A stretch of 64,000 bases of DNA. Origin: Octopus vulgaris (Eukaryota). The notes beneath the pieces are model-generated. The model saw only the letters and a program-made list of their open reading frames with translations, did not search any database and was not told where the DNA came from. The stretch is taken from positions 185,318,001-185,382,000 of the forward strand of contig OX597815.1 of assembly GCA_951406725.2 (NCBI GenBank). The letters are read 5' to 3'. Made by a program: the position numbers and the translations under genes. The stretch's first letter is position 1, and each line of letters starts with the position of its first letter. Of the stretch, positions 15,618-27,607 are shown in pieces.

Positions 15618-15758
15618 AAGACTTGGCCCCCGTGCTATCCGCCCACTACAAAAAGGGAACTCGGTACACATAGCAAAATTACGTTGTATATATCGGGGTG
15701 CCACGATATATATATATACATCAGTATACATATATATAATGTAATAAATAAAATACAT

Positions 15759-15799
<41 letters not shown>

Positions 15800-15859
15800 T
15801 GTATATATATATGTATATATATGTATATATATGTATATATATGTATATATATATGTATA

Positions 15860-15902
<43 letters not shown>

Positions 15903-15909
15903 GTATATA

Positions 15910-15959
<50 letters not shown>

Positions 15960-16328
15960 TATATATGTATATATATATATATATGTATATAGATATATAT
16001 GTATATATATATATGTATATATATACGTATATGTATATATATATGTATATATATATGTATATATATATGTATATATATGTATATATATATCTATATATAC
16101 AGCAGTATACATACATATATATATACATATATATGTATATATATATCTATATATACAGCAGTATACATACATATATATACATATATATGTATGTATATAT
16201 ATATCTATATATACATAGTATACATACATATATATACATATATATGTATATATATATATATATATATAGTATACGTATATATATATACATATATATGTAT
16301 ATATATATATATATATACAGCAGTATAC

Positions 16329-16378
<50 letters not shown>

Positions 16379-17241
16379 AGCAATAAAGATTCAAGTTAAT
16401 TTAAATGAATTTACTTGAATATGGTACCTAACTTAGATGCACCAAAAAAAACTATACTGATTTAACAATACAGTAATGTGGGGTGATTATAAGCGAGAAT
16501 GAAGCAACAAGAATGGATAGGTTTTTAGTACGATCGTTTCATACAAGGACAGGTTTTATTAAAAGTTGCAAAAATTACAGCATATAAACATGTCCCGTAC
16601 TCATCAGCTAAAATACATGTGAGTTCTCTAGACATCCTAGTGGTTGAGGCTATACTCATGAAGTAATGTAGATAATTAAATAACATAAACAGATTTCAAA
16701 AGTTCATTAAAGTTCTTTAAAGATGATTTACAGTCTTATTACAGAATTTCAAAAAAGTCTTAATAGCATCACAGAATTTCAAAAAAGTCTTAATAGCATC
16801 ACAGAGAAGGTGACCCGATCCACAGTGCACATATGAATTTCCAGAGATATGATGAGGGGTTACATACTCACAGAAAGCAAATTTATCCATTGTCAATTAT
16901 AACGAGGTGGGTTTCAATTCCTGCTTATTAGCATTACAGAGAGGGTGAGTTAATCCTTTGTATAGATGCACAATTTCCAATGGTGTAGGTGTAAATTTCA
17001 AGGAATTTCATATTCACCGGCGATAAATTTATCAATGGTTGAACACAATGAGGTAGGTATCAAATCTTGCTATATGAATAGGTATTTGTCACATTAATCA
17101 GATTACTGCTATTTACAAGAGGCTGTAGCTATTTGATTTTTAAGGCTGAAGAGCTTACTAGAGCTGTATAGAATAGAAGAGGGAAGGGCATAGAAGAGAA
17201 GAGAAAATAAAATAGAGAGAAAATAAAAGAGGAGGGAGCAA
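9132..17241 (+). repeat. Copy 2 of ~8.1 kb duplication
   Basis: Begins acagacgaaataactatttc (= position 1040) and matches to ggagggagcaa (= 9031), then continues into unique sequence. Confidence 0.95.
16523..16613 (-). ncRNA. Type I hammerhead ribozyme (sense to the PLE ORF)
   Basis: Reverse complement of 19203-19293: UUUUAG-CUGAUGA-stem II-GAAA-C-GAUC-GUA-CUAAAA. Confidence 0.85.
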
Positions 17242-18161
17242 AAAAGGGAGGGGGGAAAGGGGGACTCAAAGAGAAGAGAAAAGGAAAAAGATGATAAGAA
17301 GAAGAAAAAGAAAAAAGAGAAAAGAGAAAGAAATAGGGAAGGAAGGGAAAAAAAGAGAAAAAGAAGAAAAAAAAAAAAAGAAAAAAGAAGAAAGAAGAAA
17401 GAAAAAGAAAAAAAAAATTCTACTTATACGGAAGAATTAGTAGACGACAAGTCTGGTTTTAGCTTACAGGCATCTAGGAATTAGGGAGAATATTATTCTT
17501 TGACCAGTTAAAACAGCTAATTTATTGCTGTTGAAACCAGCTATGAATTTAAAGAGAATCTAAAGAGATAACACAGTTAGGGTTTCGGGGTCAGATGCTA
17601 AAATCATCAGAAAATACATTAGGGAAAACTAGGTATGATCTTATCAAAAAGTCATTAAAATTTACTTATTTAATTTATTCATTTTATTGTCTTAAGGAGT
17701 TGCCGTTATTATTCATACATTGACGGACTACAGGTCAAGTCTTAGAAGATCATTTAAAAGGTGTTAGGGGATTGTCTATCATAATGAAGATAATCATATT
17801 ATCACCGAGGGAATAGTCTCATTTATTTAAATTTGAAGTAGAATTATGGGTCTATAGCAACTCATTCTAATTAATTAGAGTTATACTAACTAAATTAGAT
17901 TAAGTTGGGAACTAAAATTAAAAATTACAATTAAGATTTAAAATTAAGAATTTAAAAAAATTTAAAAGTTGTGAGTTTGAAATTAAATAAAGCCTCAATT
18001 AAGCAGCGAATAAGTGCTATCCATTTCCCTGTTCTCAAAAAACTGATGCAGATATAGGACAAAGATAACTGTAGTTTGAGAACTCTTATTTATCTACTTA
18101 AAGCAGTGCTATACCAGTAGAAAACAGGTTATATCAATCTATCTAGTTACAAATATTCTAA

Positions 18162-19037
18162 TCATTTAAAATATTTTAAAGTCATTAATTTAGCGTGGAC
18201 ACAAACTTGACCTAGCTCGATATGGTTATTCAATAGGTTTGTATGCTTTCTATGCTTTAGAATTTCATATGTCTCCATGGAGCATAGTTGGCAACCAACC
18301 CTACTATTTTTATACGGAATTGCTCTCCTAACTATTTCCCAATTAAGGTTATAATTTTTATTATTATTTTTGAGTTCCCAGATTTTGTTTGAAAGTGTGG
18401 TGGTACCAGCTTTATGACGTAATTTAAAAGTCGAGATGTGATTTCTAACTCTAGCTAAAAAATTTATTGTACATCCAATGTAATGATATTTGTTATTCTC
18501 CGTGGATATGGTACATTTATAGATTACATTATTTTCTCCACATAGACCAGGTGCCGGGCATTTTGATTTTATTCTACATTTACACACAGGAGGAACACCT
18601 TCAGGCTTTGGATTATTCTTGGGTAGATGTTTTAGGTTCCTATTATTTTGATTATCATTTCTATAGTTGGTTCTGATATCTAAAGTGTTGCTATTATTTC
18701 TTGATCCTTCTAATTCATTATTTAGATCTAAAGTCCTACCATGATTTCTTATATTATTGGTAATGTTAATATTATTGCTAGTCTTTTTATCCGGCTGCAT
18801 ATTGTTGTTATAGATATCACTAATATTTTCATTCTCCTTATTTTCTCTATTTTCCCTATCTCTATTATTTCTATTATTAACATTATTACTTCTACTAATA
18901 TCGGCATTGCTATTATTACTATTAATGTTAATGTTATTAGTCATTCTGTGGTTACTAATTTCACCTATGTTTTGATAGTTACTATTGCTGCTTTTATTGT
19001 TGGTAGTATTATTACAATTGCTATTGGTATTTTTCAA
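18162..19037 (-). CDS. Penelope-like GIY-YIG endonuclease domain with Asn-rich linker (no RT; open frame begins at a TTG at the inverted-repeat junction)
   Basis: CKCRIKSKCPAPGLC zinc-knuckle, NVIYKC...YHYIGCT, RVRNH, TTLSNKIWELK, WEIV, CQLCSME, LLN, CVH: typical PLE endonuclease motifs. Confidence 0.85.
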   Translation of the reverse strand: MKNTNSNCNNTTNNKSSNSNYQNIGEISNHRMTNNININSNNSNADISRSNNVNNRNNRDRENRENKENENISDIYNNNMQPDKKTSNNINITNNIRNHGRTLDLNNELEGSRNNSNTLDIRTNYRNDNQNNRNLKHLPKNNPKPEGVPPVCKCRIKSKCPAPGLCGENNVIYKCTISTENNKYHYIGCTINFLARVRNHISTFKLRHKAGTTTLSNKIWELKNNNKNYNLNWEIVRRAIPYKNSRVGCQLCSMETYEILKHRKHTNLLNNHIELGQVCVHAKLMTLKYFK

Positions 19038-19202
19038 ATTCTGTGATGCTATTAAGACTTTTTTGAAATTCTGTAATAAGACTGTAAATCATCTTTAAAG
19101 AACTTTTAATGAACTTTTGAAATCTGTTTATGTTATTTAATTATCTACATTACTTCATGAGTATAGCCTCAACCACTAGGATGTCTAGAGAACTCACATG
19201 TA

Positions 19203-19293
19203 TTTTAGCTGATGAGTACGGGACATGTTTATATGCTGTAATTTTTGCAACTTTTAATAAAACCTGTCCTTGTATGAAACGATCGTACTAAAA
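19203..19293 (+). ncRNA. Type I hammerhead ribozyme (inverted pLTR)
   Basis: Stem I TTTTAG(19203-08)/CTAAAA(19288-93); core CTGATGA 19209-15; 60-nt stem II GTACGGGACA...TGTCCTTGTAT; GAAA 19276-79; stem III AC-GATC-GT with palindromic loop; predicted cleavage after GUA (19287). Confidence 0.9.
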
Positions 19294-19321
19294 ACCTATC
19301 CATTCTTGTTGCTTCATTCTC

Positions 19322-19410
<89 letters not shown>

Positions 19411-20009
19411 CACTGCTGCATTCTTTCACCACGGCTTATTCTCACTCTTTCTTACTTTTTCTGTTGTACCTGTATTTCAAAGGGCCAGCCTTGTCACATA
19501 CCGTGTCACGCTGAATTTCCCCCACTCCGATCCGAGAACTACGTTAAGAGTACATGTGTGTGTGGAATGCTCAGCCACTTGCACGTTAATTTCACGAGCA
19601 GGCTATTCCGTTAATTAGATCACCATAAACCCTTGTCGTCGTAACCGACGGAGTACCGTAGTGTGTGTCAGCAAAAATAGACTAAACAGCTTCGCCTCTT
19701 CAGAAATTCAATGCATTAAAAAAACGAAAGTAGTCAGAGACTTTTTCTTTTCAAGTTCTTTATTTCATAATTATAAAATGAAAAACAGAAAAAAAAAACC
19801 TACTAAAACTGAAGTATGATAGGTTTTGAAACCTAGTTGCTTTAAATAGATTTAACCTTAAGCGGTAATATTAGATTTGAAAATCTTGCAGATAAAGTAT
19901 TTCTTGAGCTGTATTTGCTTTGACAATTTATTTGGTGTGAGAGTATGTCAGACCGAAATAATTGCTTTGTCGGAATCGTTGTAAGTTTTGAGAAACATAC
20001 CTTTTATCT

Positions 20010-20405
20010 TGTATCTTTTATTTGCTTCAGTCATTAGACTGCGGCCATGCTGGGGCACTGCCTTGAAGAATTTTTAATCGAATGAATCAGCTCAAGTATT
20101 TATTTTTCTTAAAGCCAGGTTCTTATTCTATCGGTCTCCGTTGTCGAACCACTACGTTACAGGTTCGTAAACAAACTAATACCGGTTGTCAAGCGGTTGT
20201 GGGGCCAAACATAGACGCACGGGGCGCACACATTTATGCAACTGGCTTCTTTCAGTTTCCGTCAACAAAATCCACCCACAAGACTTTGGTAGGCCCGAGA
20301 CTATAGAAGAAAACACTTGCCCCAGGTGCCATGTAGTGAATTTGAACCTGGAACTATGTGGTTGGAAATCAATCTCCTTACCCCACGGCTACGCTTGCAC
20401 CTATA
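20010..20405 (-). mobile_element. SINE family A, diverged copy
   Basis: cagtcattagactgcggccatgctggggcactgcc...ttctttcagtttccgtc...acacttgcccaggtgcc. Confidence 0.8.
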
Positions 20406-20472
20406 TGCTTGATCTTATATTTTTTGTAATCATTTTTATTTTATAATTTTTTAACCATTATAAATATTATTT

Positions 20473-20886
20473 AAGGCGGCGAGCTGGCAGAATCGTTAGC
20501 GCGCTGGATGAAATGTTTCGCAGTATTTCGCCTGTTGCAAGGTTCTGAGTTCAGTTCAAATTCCGCCGAGGTCGACTTTGCCTTTCATCCTTTCGGGTTC
20601 GATAAATTAAGTACCAGTTACGCACTGGGATCGATGTAATCGACTTAATCCGTTTGTCTGTCCCCTCTATGTTTAGCCCCTTGTGGACAATAAAGAAATA
20701 AGAAACGTTAGCACGCCGGGCAAAACGCTTAGAGGTATTTCGTCTGTCTTTACGTTCTGAGTTCAAATTCCGCCGAGGTCGAATTTCGAGGTCGATAAAT
20801 TAAGTACTAGTTGCGTACTGGGGTCGATCTAATCAACTGGCCCCCTCCCCAAAAATTTCGGGTCTTGTGCCTAGAGTAGAAAAGAT
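20473..20886 (+). mobile_element. SINE family B, two units
   Basis: aaggcggcgagctggcagaatcgttagc head plus Nin-like gcctttcatcctttcgggttcgataaattaagtaccag. Confidence 0.85.
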
Positions 20887-21524
20887 TATAAATATTATTT
20901 GGTAACAGTATCTTTCGTTTTGTATCCATGACCGGATCAGTGACACTCTAGTTTATCTCCGTGCGTCTAAATATACTAATAATTTCCATGAAAATTTGTA
21001 TTTCACAAATGAATTAGCTACAAAGTGACATTATAACAATATGAAACTTTAGCATCAACATATTAAAACAATGGTTTACGTTTATTATATAGCCTTCATT
21101 ATATCTTGAACATAATTGAATCCATGAAATATTCTACAATCTTCCTAGAACTCTATTGAATGCCTGCGCAAATTTCAACTCGCTCTATCTAATTCGAATC
21201 CGCTGAGACACAGCACTAATTAACTTTTCCTGAATATAGTATAGGTTGTATTTCTAAAGCTCATTTTCCTGTTCCACGTTATGTCTCTAGTGTGCTATGC
21301 CCAAAAGAGATTCTAGCACCAGAATATTATTATAAATAATGAAGGTAGTGCCAAGATACATATGCGATCATTATAATCGAAATGTTATCCTCACTGTATA
21401 GGGGTAAACATCGTTGAATAATGATTATCTCAACCAAATAGGAAAGAAGCTGAAACCCATCTGGTATTGTATTCACCTTTCGTCCGATAATTTATGTCCC
21501 CCACCCATATCTTTTTATTTAATT

Positions 21525-21895
21525 TATACTTGTTTCAGTCATTAGATTTCGGCCATGCTGGGGCTCCGCTTCCAAGAATTTTAATTGAATAAATCGACCC
21601 CACTACTTCTTTCTTAAAAGCCTGGTACTTATTCTGTCAATCTCGATGGGCGAACTGCAAAGTTATGGGCACCGGTTGTCAAGCGGTGAGGAGGAACAAA
21701 TACAAACACACACACACATACAAATATGTATATATACAACGGGCTTCCAGTTATCATCTACCAAATCCACTCACGAGGTTTTGCTCAGTCCGAGGCTATA
21801 GTAGAAGACACTTGCCCATGGTGTCACACTGTGGGTCTGAACCCCAAACGATGCGGTCGGGAAATAAACTTCTTACGACAGTCACGCCTCCGCCT
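21525..21895 (-). mobile_element. SINE family A, diverged copy
   Basis: Same tail and head motifs as other family A copies. Confidence 0.8.
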
Positions 21896-22434
21896 CTGTT
21901 TAAAAATGTTACAAATAGCTTTCTACAAACAAGGAAACAAAAAACAATCTAAAAAATGTAAGAGAAAGAAAATAATTTACATAGGCTAATGATATGACTT
22001 TAGATAAATAAACTGAAAAGTGAGGCCCAGGAAGTTGTACGATATGAATTATTAATTAATTAATTAGCTAAAATTTTATTTTTACTTGAATAAGAAATAA
22101 AAGAAGGTTAATTATTAGAAGTCTGACAGAAAAGAAGAGAGAATTTCAAGAAAATATAAATGAATCCTTCAAATTTAATTTACTTGTTTATATGGAAGCA
22201 TAATCTTTACAAGTTTTGCAGTCGTTGGTGTTTTGCCGTTTTTCACATTTTGTACCAAGTAGTCAACAGCAGAACTCAAACGGCTGACGTCAGCTATGAG
22301 AACTTTTGGATCCTTTTCAGAGATTGCACGTTGTTCATTTTATCTTTGCTGCAATACACTTATAGTTACCGGTATTTACGGAAAAAGAGTTAAGTTAGGC
22401 CGATACATCCTGCTATCCCTAAGACATTAAACTT

Positions 22435-23105
22435 TTTACTCTCTCTTTTACTCTTTTACTTGTTTCAGTCATTTGACTGCGGTCATGTGTCTGTGTATGT
22501 CCCCCAACATCGCTTGACAACCGATGGTGGTGTGTTTACGTACCCGTAACATAGCGCTTCGGCAAAAGAGACCGATAGAATAAGTACTAGGCTCACAAAG
22601 AATAAGTCCTGGGGTCGATTTGCTCCACTAAAAGGCGGTGCTCCAGCATGGCCACAGTCAAATGACTGAAACAAGTAAAAAAGGAAAGAGTAAAGAGACG
22701 CAGGAGTGGCTGTGTGGTAAGTAGCTTGCTTACAAACCACATGGTTCCGGGTTCAGTCCCACTGCGTGGCACCTTGGGCAAGTGTCTTCTGCTATAGCCC
22801 TGGGCCGACCAATGCCTTGTGAGTGGATTTGGTAGACGGAAACTGAAAGAAGCCTGTCGTATATATGTATATATATATATGTGTGTTTGTGTGTGTGTGT
22901 GTGTTTGTGTGTCTGTGTTTGTTCCCCTAGCATTGCTTGACAACCGATGCTGGTGTGTTTACGTCCCCGTCACTTAGCGGTTCGGCAAAAGAGACCGATA
23001 GAATAAGTACTGGGCTTACAACGAATAAGGCCCGGGGTCGATTTGCTCGACTAAAAGGCGGTGCTCCAGCATGGCCGCAGTCAAATGACTGAAACAAATA
23101 AAAGA
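22435..23105 (+). mobile_element. SINE family A cluster: minus-strand tail fragment (22435-22482), plus-strand 3' half (22485-22695), full plus-strand copy (22697-23105)
   Basis: Full copy: gcaggagtggctgtgtggtaag (A box)...gggttcagtccc (B box)...ggcggtgctccagcatggccgcagtcaaatgactgaaac. Confidence 0.9.
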
Positions 23106-23305
23106 GAGAAAAAAAAGAGAGAGTAATATATATATCCATTATACATTTATGTATGTTTCTATGTGTGTGTGTGTGTGTGTGGATGTATGTGTATGTATGT
23201 GTGTGGCAAATAAGTAACAGTGATTTCCAGATATCAGTGCATTACGGCCGTTTCAAACGGCTAATTTTACATACCTAATTCAACTGAATTTCAATTATTT
23301 CTCTT

Positions 23306-23351
<46 letters not shown>

Positions 23352-23377
23352 TATATACATGCATATATACATGTGTA

Positions 23378-23630
23378 TGTGTTATCCTTTCTCTCTCTCA
23401 TACACTCAACGCGTGCGCACACAGCACGCATACATAGATACACATGCACACACACACAAGTATCTGACGAATAACGGTTAAAAGCGAGATTAACCGGAAA
23501 TAACCGAGGTATTACTTTACAAATTGTGACCAGACGATAGCAGTATGTATGTATGTGTGTGTGTATCTATTATACATTTAGATATGTTTGTATATATACG
23601 TGTGTATATATGTATGTATGTAGACATACA

Positions 23631-23683
<53 letters not shown>

Positions 23684-23846
23684 GCGTGTGTGTTTTCCTT
23701 TCTTTCTCATACTCACAAGCGTGCGTACGGAGCACACAAGTAGACGCACACAAAAACACACATACGTATTTGACAAACATCGTTTAAAGCGAGATTAGCC
23801 GGAAATAACCGAAGTATTACTTTACGAATCTTGAGCAGACGATAGC
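23378..23846 (+). repeat. Diverged ~160 bp direct repeat pair separated by (TA)n; copy 1 contains a hammerhead-like motif
   Basis: 23378-23542 vs 23688-23846 share aagcgagatta(a/g)ccggaaataaccga(g/a)gtattactttac...cagacgatagc. Confidence 0.7.
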
Positions 23847-24994
23847 TTTTTAATGCTTCAGAATCGTCTCGCTTTTGCTTGATAATTATTAATTTCTGAA
23901 CTCTTCCCAAACAAGACGTCTCAAGTCAACATTAAGACGAAGTACATTTCTAAATTCTTTGTTACACCCGCCAGTGTTCATATTTTCAGTTTCCATTCTC
24001 TTCGCGAAAAATCCATTTGAAGTTTAAGCTGGATGTGCTAGAAATAGCAGCCATCATTAATAAAACTGTCGGTATTTTTAATGGCATAGCTATGCTTGTT
24101 ATATAATAAATTACGCATTCATAAATAAACGTATAGAAATGTTGTCAGACGTTAAATGAGTGTGTTCTGGTAGAAAATCATAATCTTTACATGCAAGTTG
24201 TTGCTTACGGTTTTAATAAACATTTACGAAAGAGGCATTATAAACAAATAACCCATTCGTATTTCAAATTTGTTTATATTCTTTTAACTTCAAACAGTTC
24301 ATTCTCAAGGACTAAACGTTAAGTATTTGGCTTCAACCTTCATACTTCACGTTTATTAAGAATGAAGTTTAAATCCAGCGACATAGGTTCTTGGGAGACA
24401 TAAAGATTAATCCAAGTACACAAGACAACGGAATACATTAGCTGTCGTGAATTGACATTTGCTATACTTATGGACTTTATGACACAATTGCAGCTACTTC
24501 TACTATAATTCTTGTTACATCTAACACGGCCTCTTGCCACTTATTAAAGACAAGTTGTTTAGTTTTTCTTCGTGTCTTAATTCTGTTGATTATGCAGTGA
24601 TGTTTAATTGAACGCTATTGTCTATCTATCACAGAAAAAATAAACAGTATTCCTCAGAGCTTTCATAGAATTGTTTCGCACTTAAGTGTGTAATTTATGG
24701 ATTAAAGATGCCAAACAAGTATATGACTTTAACTGACGAAGAACAGCTTCAGTTCTTATTTCCTCTGTTGTTTTGAATAAGAAGTAGTTGTTACAAAATT
24801 GAGGAATCTCATCTATATTTATTTCTTTATTACCCACAGGGGGCTAAATATAGAGGGGGTCAAACAAGGACAGACAAGGAGATTAAGTTGATTACATCGA
24901 CCCCAGTGCGTAACTGGTACTTATTTAATCGACCCCGAAAGTGAATCTCATATATATTGCACCGATTGGTATTTTAAATTCTTCATTTATTATT

Positions 24995-25198
24995 CTCTCT
25001 TTTACTCTTTTACTTGTTTCAGTCATTTGACTGTGGCCATGCTGGAGCACCGTCTTTAGTCGAGCACAACGACCTCAAGACATATTCTTTATAAGCCTAG
25101 TACTTATTCTATCGGTCTCTTTACGGTGACGTAAACACACCAGCGTCGGTTGTCAAGCGATGTTGGGGGGACAGACACAGGCACACAAACACACACAC

Positions 25199-25252
<54 letters not shown>

Positions 25253-25464
25253 TTATATGTGTATATATACATACATATATATATTTATATGTGTATATAT
25301 ACATACATATATATATTTATATGTGTATATATACATACATATATATATATATATGTATATATTTATATGTGTATATATACATACATATATATATATATGT
25401 ATATATTTATATGTGTATATATACATACATATATATATATATGTATATATTTATATGTGTATAT

Positions 25465-25507
<43 letters not shown>

Positions 25508-25513
25508 GTATAT

Positions 25514-25585
<72 letters not shown>

Positions 25586-25742
25586 GACGGGCGTCTTTCA
25601 GTTTCCGTCTACCAAATTCACTCACAATGCTTTGGTTGGCCCGAGGCTATAGTAGAAGACACTTGCCCAAGACCTGGGAATCGAAACTACGATCCTACGA
25701 CCGTGAATCCGCTGCCCTAACCACTGAGCCATTGCGCCTTCA
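24995..25742 (-). mobile_element. SINE family A body with a different (family C-like) tRNA head and a greatly expanded internal microsatellite
   Basis: Head reads gaaggcgcaatggctcagtggttagggcagcgg...gtttcgattcccagg, joined at cttgggcaagtgtc to the family A body. Confidence 0.75.
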
Positions 25743-26214
25743 CATTGATATATATATATATATTCGTTTCGAATATCTAACCCATGACATATGTTCGAGT
25801 AATAGCTGTCTTACAAATGAAGCTAATTTCTTTTGGTTCTATAAATTATTAACATAAGAAAAAAATATGGCCTAATAAAGATATATTTCAAAATTAGTTG
25901 AAGTGGTTGGCGTATAATTTCGTAAATGATATTGAATTCACGACATAGCCTAGTTCTTTGTCAACCGATTAGAGTATCATTAAGAAAGCTGAATGTTTCA
26001 ATAATGAAATTAATGCTAAGAAGACGAAAAAAAAAAACGCTTATATCATTAAGTACAACGAAATTATAGCAATTATTCTTCCATACTTGTAATTTATAAA
26101 TGTGACTCAAAGACAACTTCATGCATAGTTGAGACATATAACATTAACATTTATAATTAACTGAAATTTATCTGTGAATACTGAATAGACGATCGTTCTT
26201 ATATTCCAAGTGAA

Positions 26215-26481
26215 GTCTGAACTCAGAACGTTGCGGCGGCCGAAATACCTATTTCTTTACTACCCACAAGGGGCTAAACACAGAGGAGACAAACAAGGAC
26301 AGACAAACGGATTAAATTGATTATATCGACCCCAGTGCGTAACTGGTACTTATTTAATCGACCCCGAAAGTATGAAAGGCAAAGTCGACCTTGGCGGTAT
26401 TTGAACTCAGAACGTAGCGGCAGACGAAATACCGCTAAGCATTTCGCCCGGCATTCTAACATCTCTGTTAGCTCGCTGCCT
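26215..26481 (-). mobile_element. SINE family B
   Basis: Same motifs as 840-1285. Confidence 0.85.
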
Positions 26482-26652
26482 AATTCTTAATGCTTAATAA
26501 TGAAGCCATAAGAGTGGCGAGTAGGCAGAATCGTTAGCACGCCGGGGAAAAGCACTTAGCAGCATTTCTTTCGACGTCACTTTCTGAATTCAAGTGCCAT
26601 TGAGGACTGGGGTTGATGCAATCGACTTAACGCATTCCCAAATTGATACCAC

Positions 26653-26692
<40 letters not shown>

Positions 26693-26708
26693 ATTATTAT
26701 TATTATTC

Positions 26709-27293
26709 AGTAGTTTTATTTTTATAGCGTGCTTTCACTTCACTACCGAGCGCAGCTCTGTGTGCCTTGGGTATGTGCTGTGATTTGTTGTGATGCTCTG
26801 ATGGTTATTGTATGGAAAGTGTTCTGCGTAGGATGTGTGCAGTGCCTAGTAGTGCAATTTTCTGTATGTTATATGTGTTTGTAAGTCCTGGTGTTTTTGT
26901 TATGTATTTGTCTGAATATTTTTTTATCATGCCTAATGCACCTACTATGATAGGAATTGTTTCTGTTTTCAGATTCCACATTCTAGTTACCTCTATTTCC
27001 AGGTCTTTGTATTTTGAGAGTTTCTCCATTTCTTTTAGAGACACGTTGTCACCAGCCGGTATTGATACATCAATTAGAAAGCATTTTTTTCTTCATGATC
27101 TCTGACAACTATATCTGGTCTGTTGGCCTTAATTTCTCTATCTGTGTGTATCGGCATATCCCAGAGTATGGTTGCTTTCTCGTTTTCTGTGACCTTTTCT
27201 GGTGTGTGCCTATACCATCTTTTGTCTGTTGTTATTCCATAATGTTGGCATAGCTTCCAATGTATGTAGGTTCCAACTCTGTCATGTCTGTGA
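26709..27293 (-). mobile_element. R4/Dong-type non-LTR retrotransposon 3' fragment (REL endonuclease + 3'UTR) in (TAA)n
   Basis: RHDRVGTYIHWKLC...ILWDMPIHTDREIKANRPDIVV...LIDVSIP...EKLSKYKDL...IPIIVGALG...IQKIALLGTAHILR; flanked on both sides by (TTA)n. Confidence 0.85.
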
Positions 27294-27319
27294 ATTATTA
27301 TTATTATTATTATTATTAT

Positions 27320-27530
27320 TGCAGCCAGCTGGCAGAATCGTTAGCACGCCGGGCGAAATGCTTAGCGATACTTCGCCCGTCGCTACGTTCTGAGTTCAAA
27401 TTCCGCCAAGGTCGACTTTGCCTTTCATCCTTTCGGGGTTGATAAATTAAGTACCAGTTATGCACTGGGTCGATATAATCGACTCATCCTCTCCCCCCAA
27501 ATTGCTGCTCTTGTAGCAAAATTTGAAACC
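27320..27530 (+). mobile_element. SINE family B
   Basis: gctggcagaatcgttagcacgccgggcgaaatgc...gcctttcatcctttcgggg. Confidence 0.85.
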
Positions 27531-27531
27531 G

Positions 27532-27601
<70 letters not shown>

Positions 27602-27607
27602 CATTAT

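Larger units (their letters stand above)
16375..19322 (-). mobile_element. 5'-truncated Penelope-like element (PLE) with inverted hammerhead-bearing pLTRs, inserted in (TA)n
   Basis: GIY-YIG ORF on the minus strand; ~285 bp near-perfect inverted repeats at 16494-~16780 and 19036-19322, each containing a hammerhead; both ends abut (TA)n tracts. Confidence 0.85.

Noticed and set aside
18162-18200. Selenocysteine recoding in the PLE endonuclease
   Set aside because: The Cys motif positions are ordinary Cys codons and the stop follows a complete C-terminal CxH motif; no internal UGA.
22697-22770. tRNA gene
   Set aside because: tRNA-derived SINE heads followed by SINE bodies; no complete cloverleaf or terminator.
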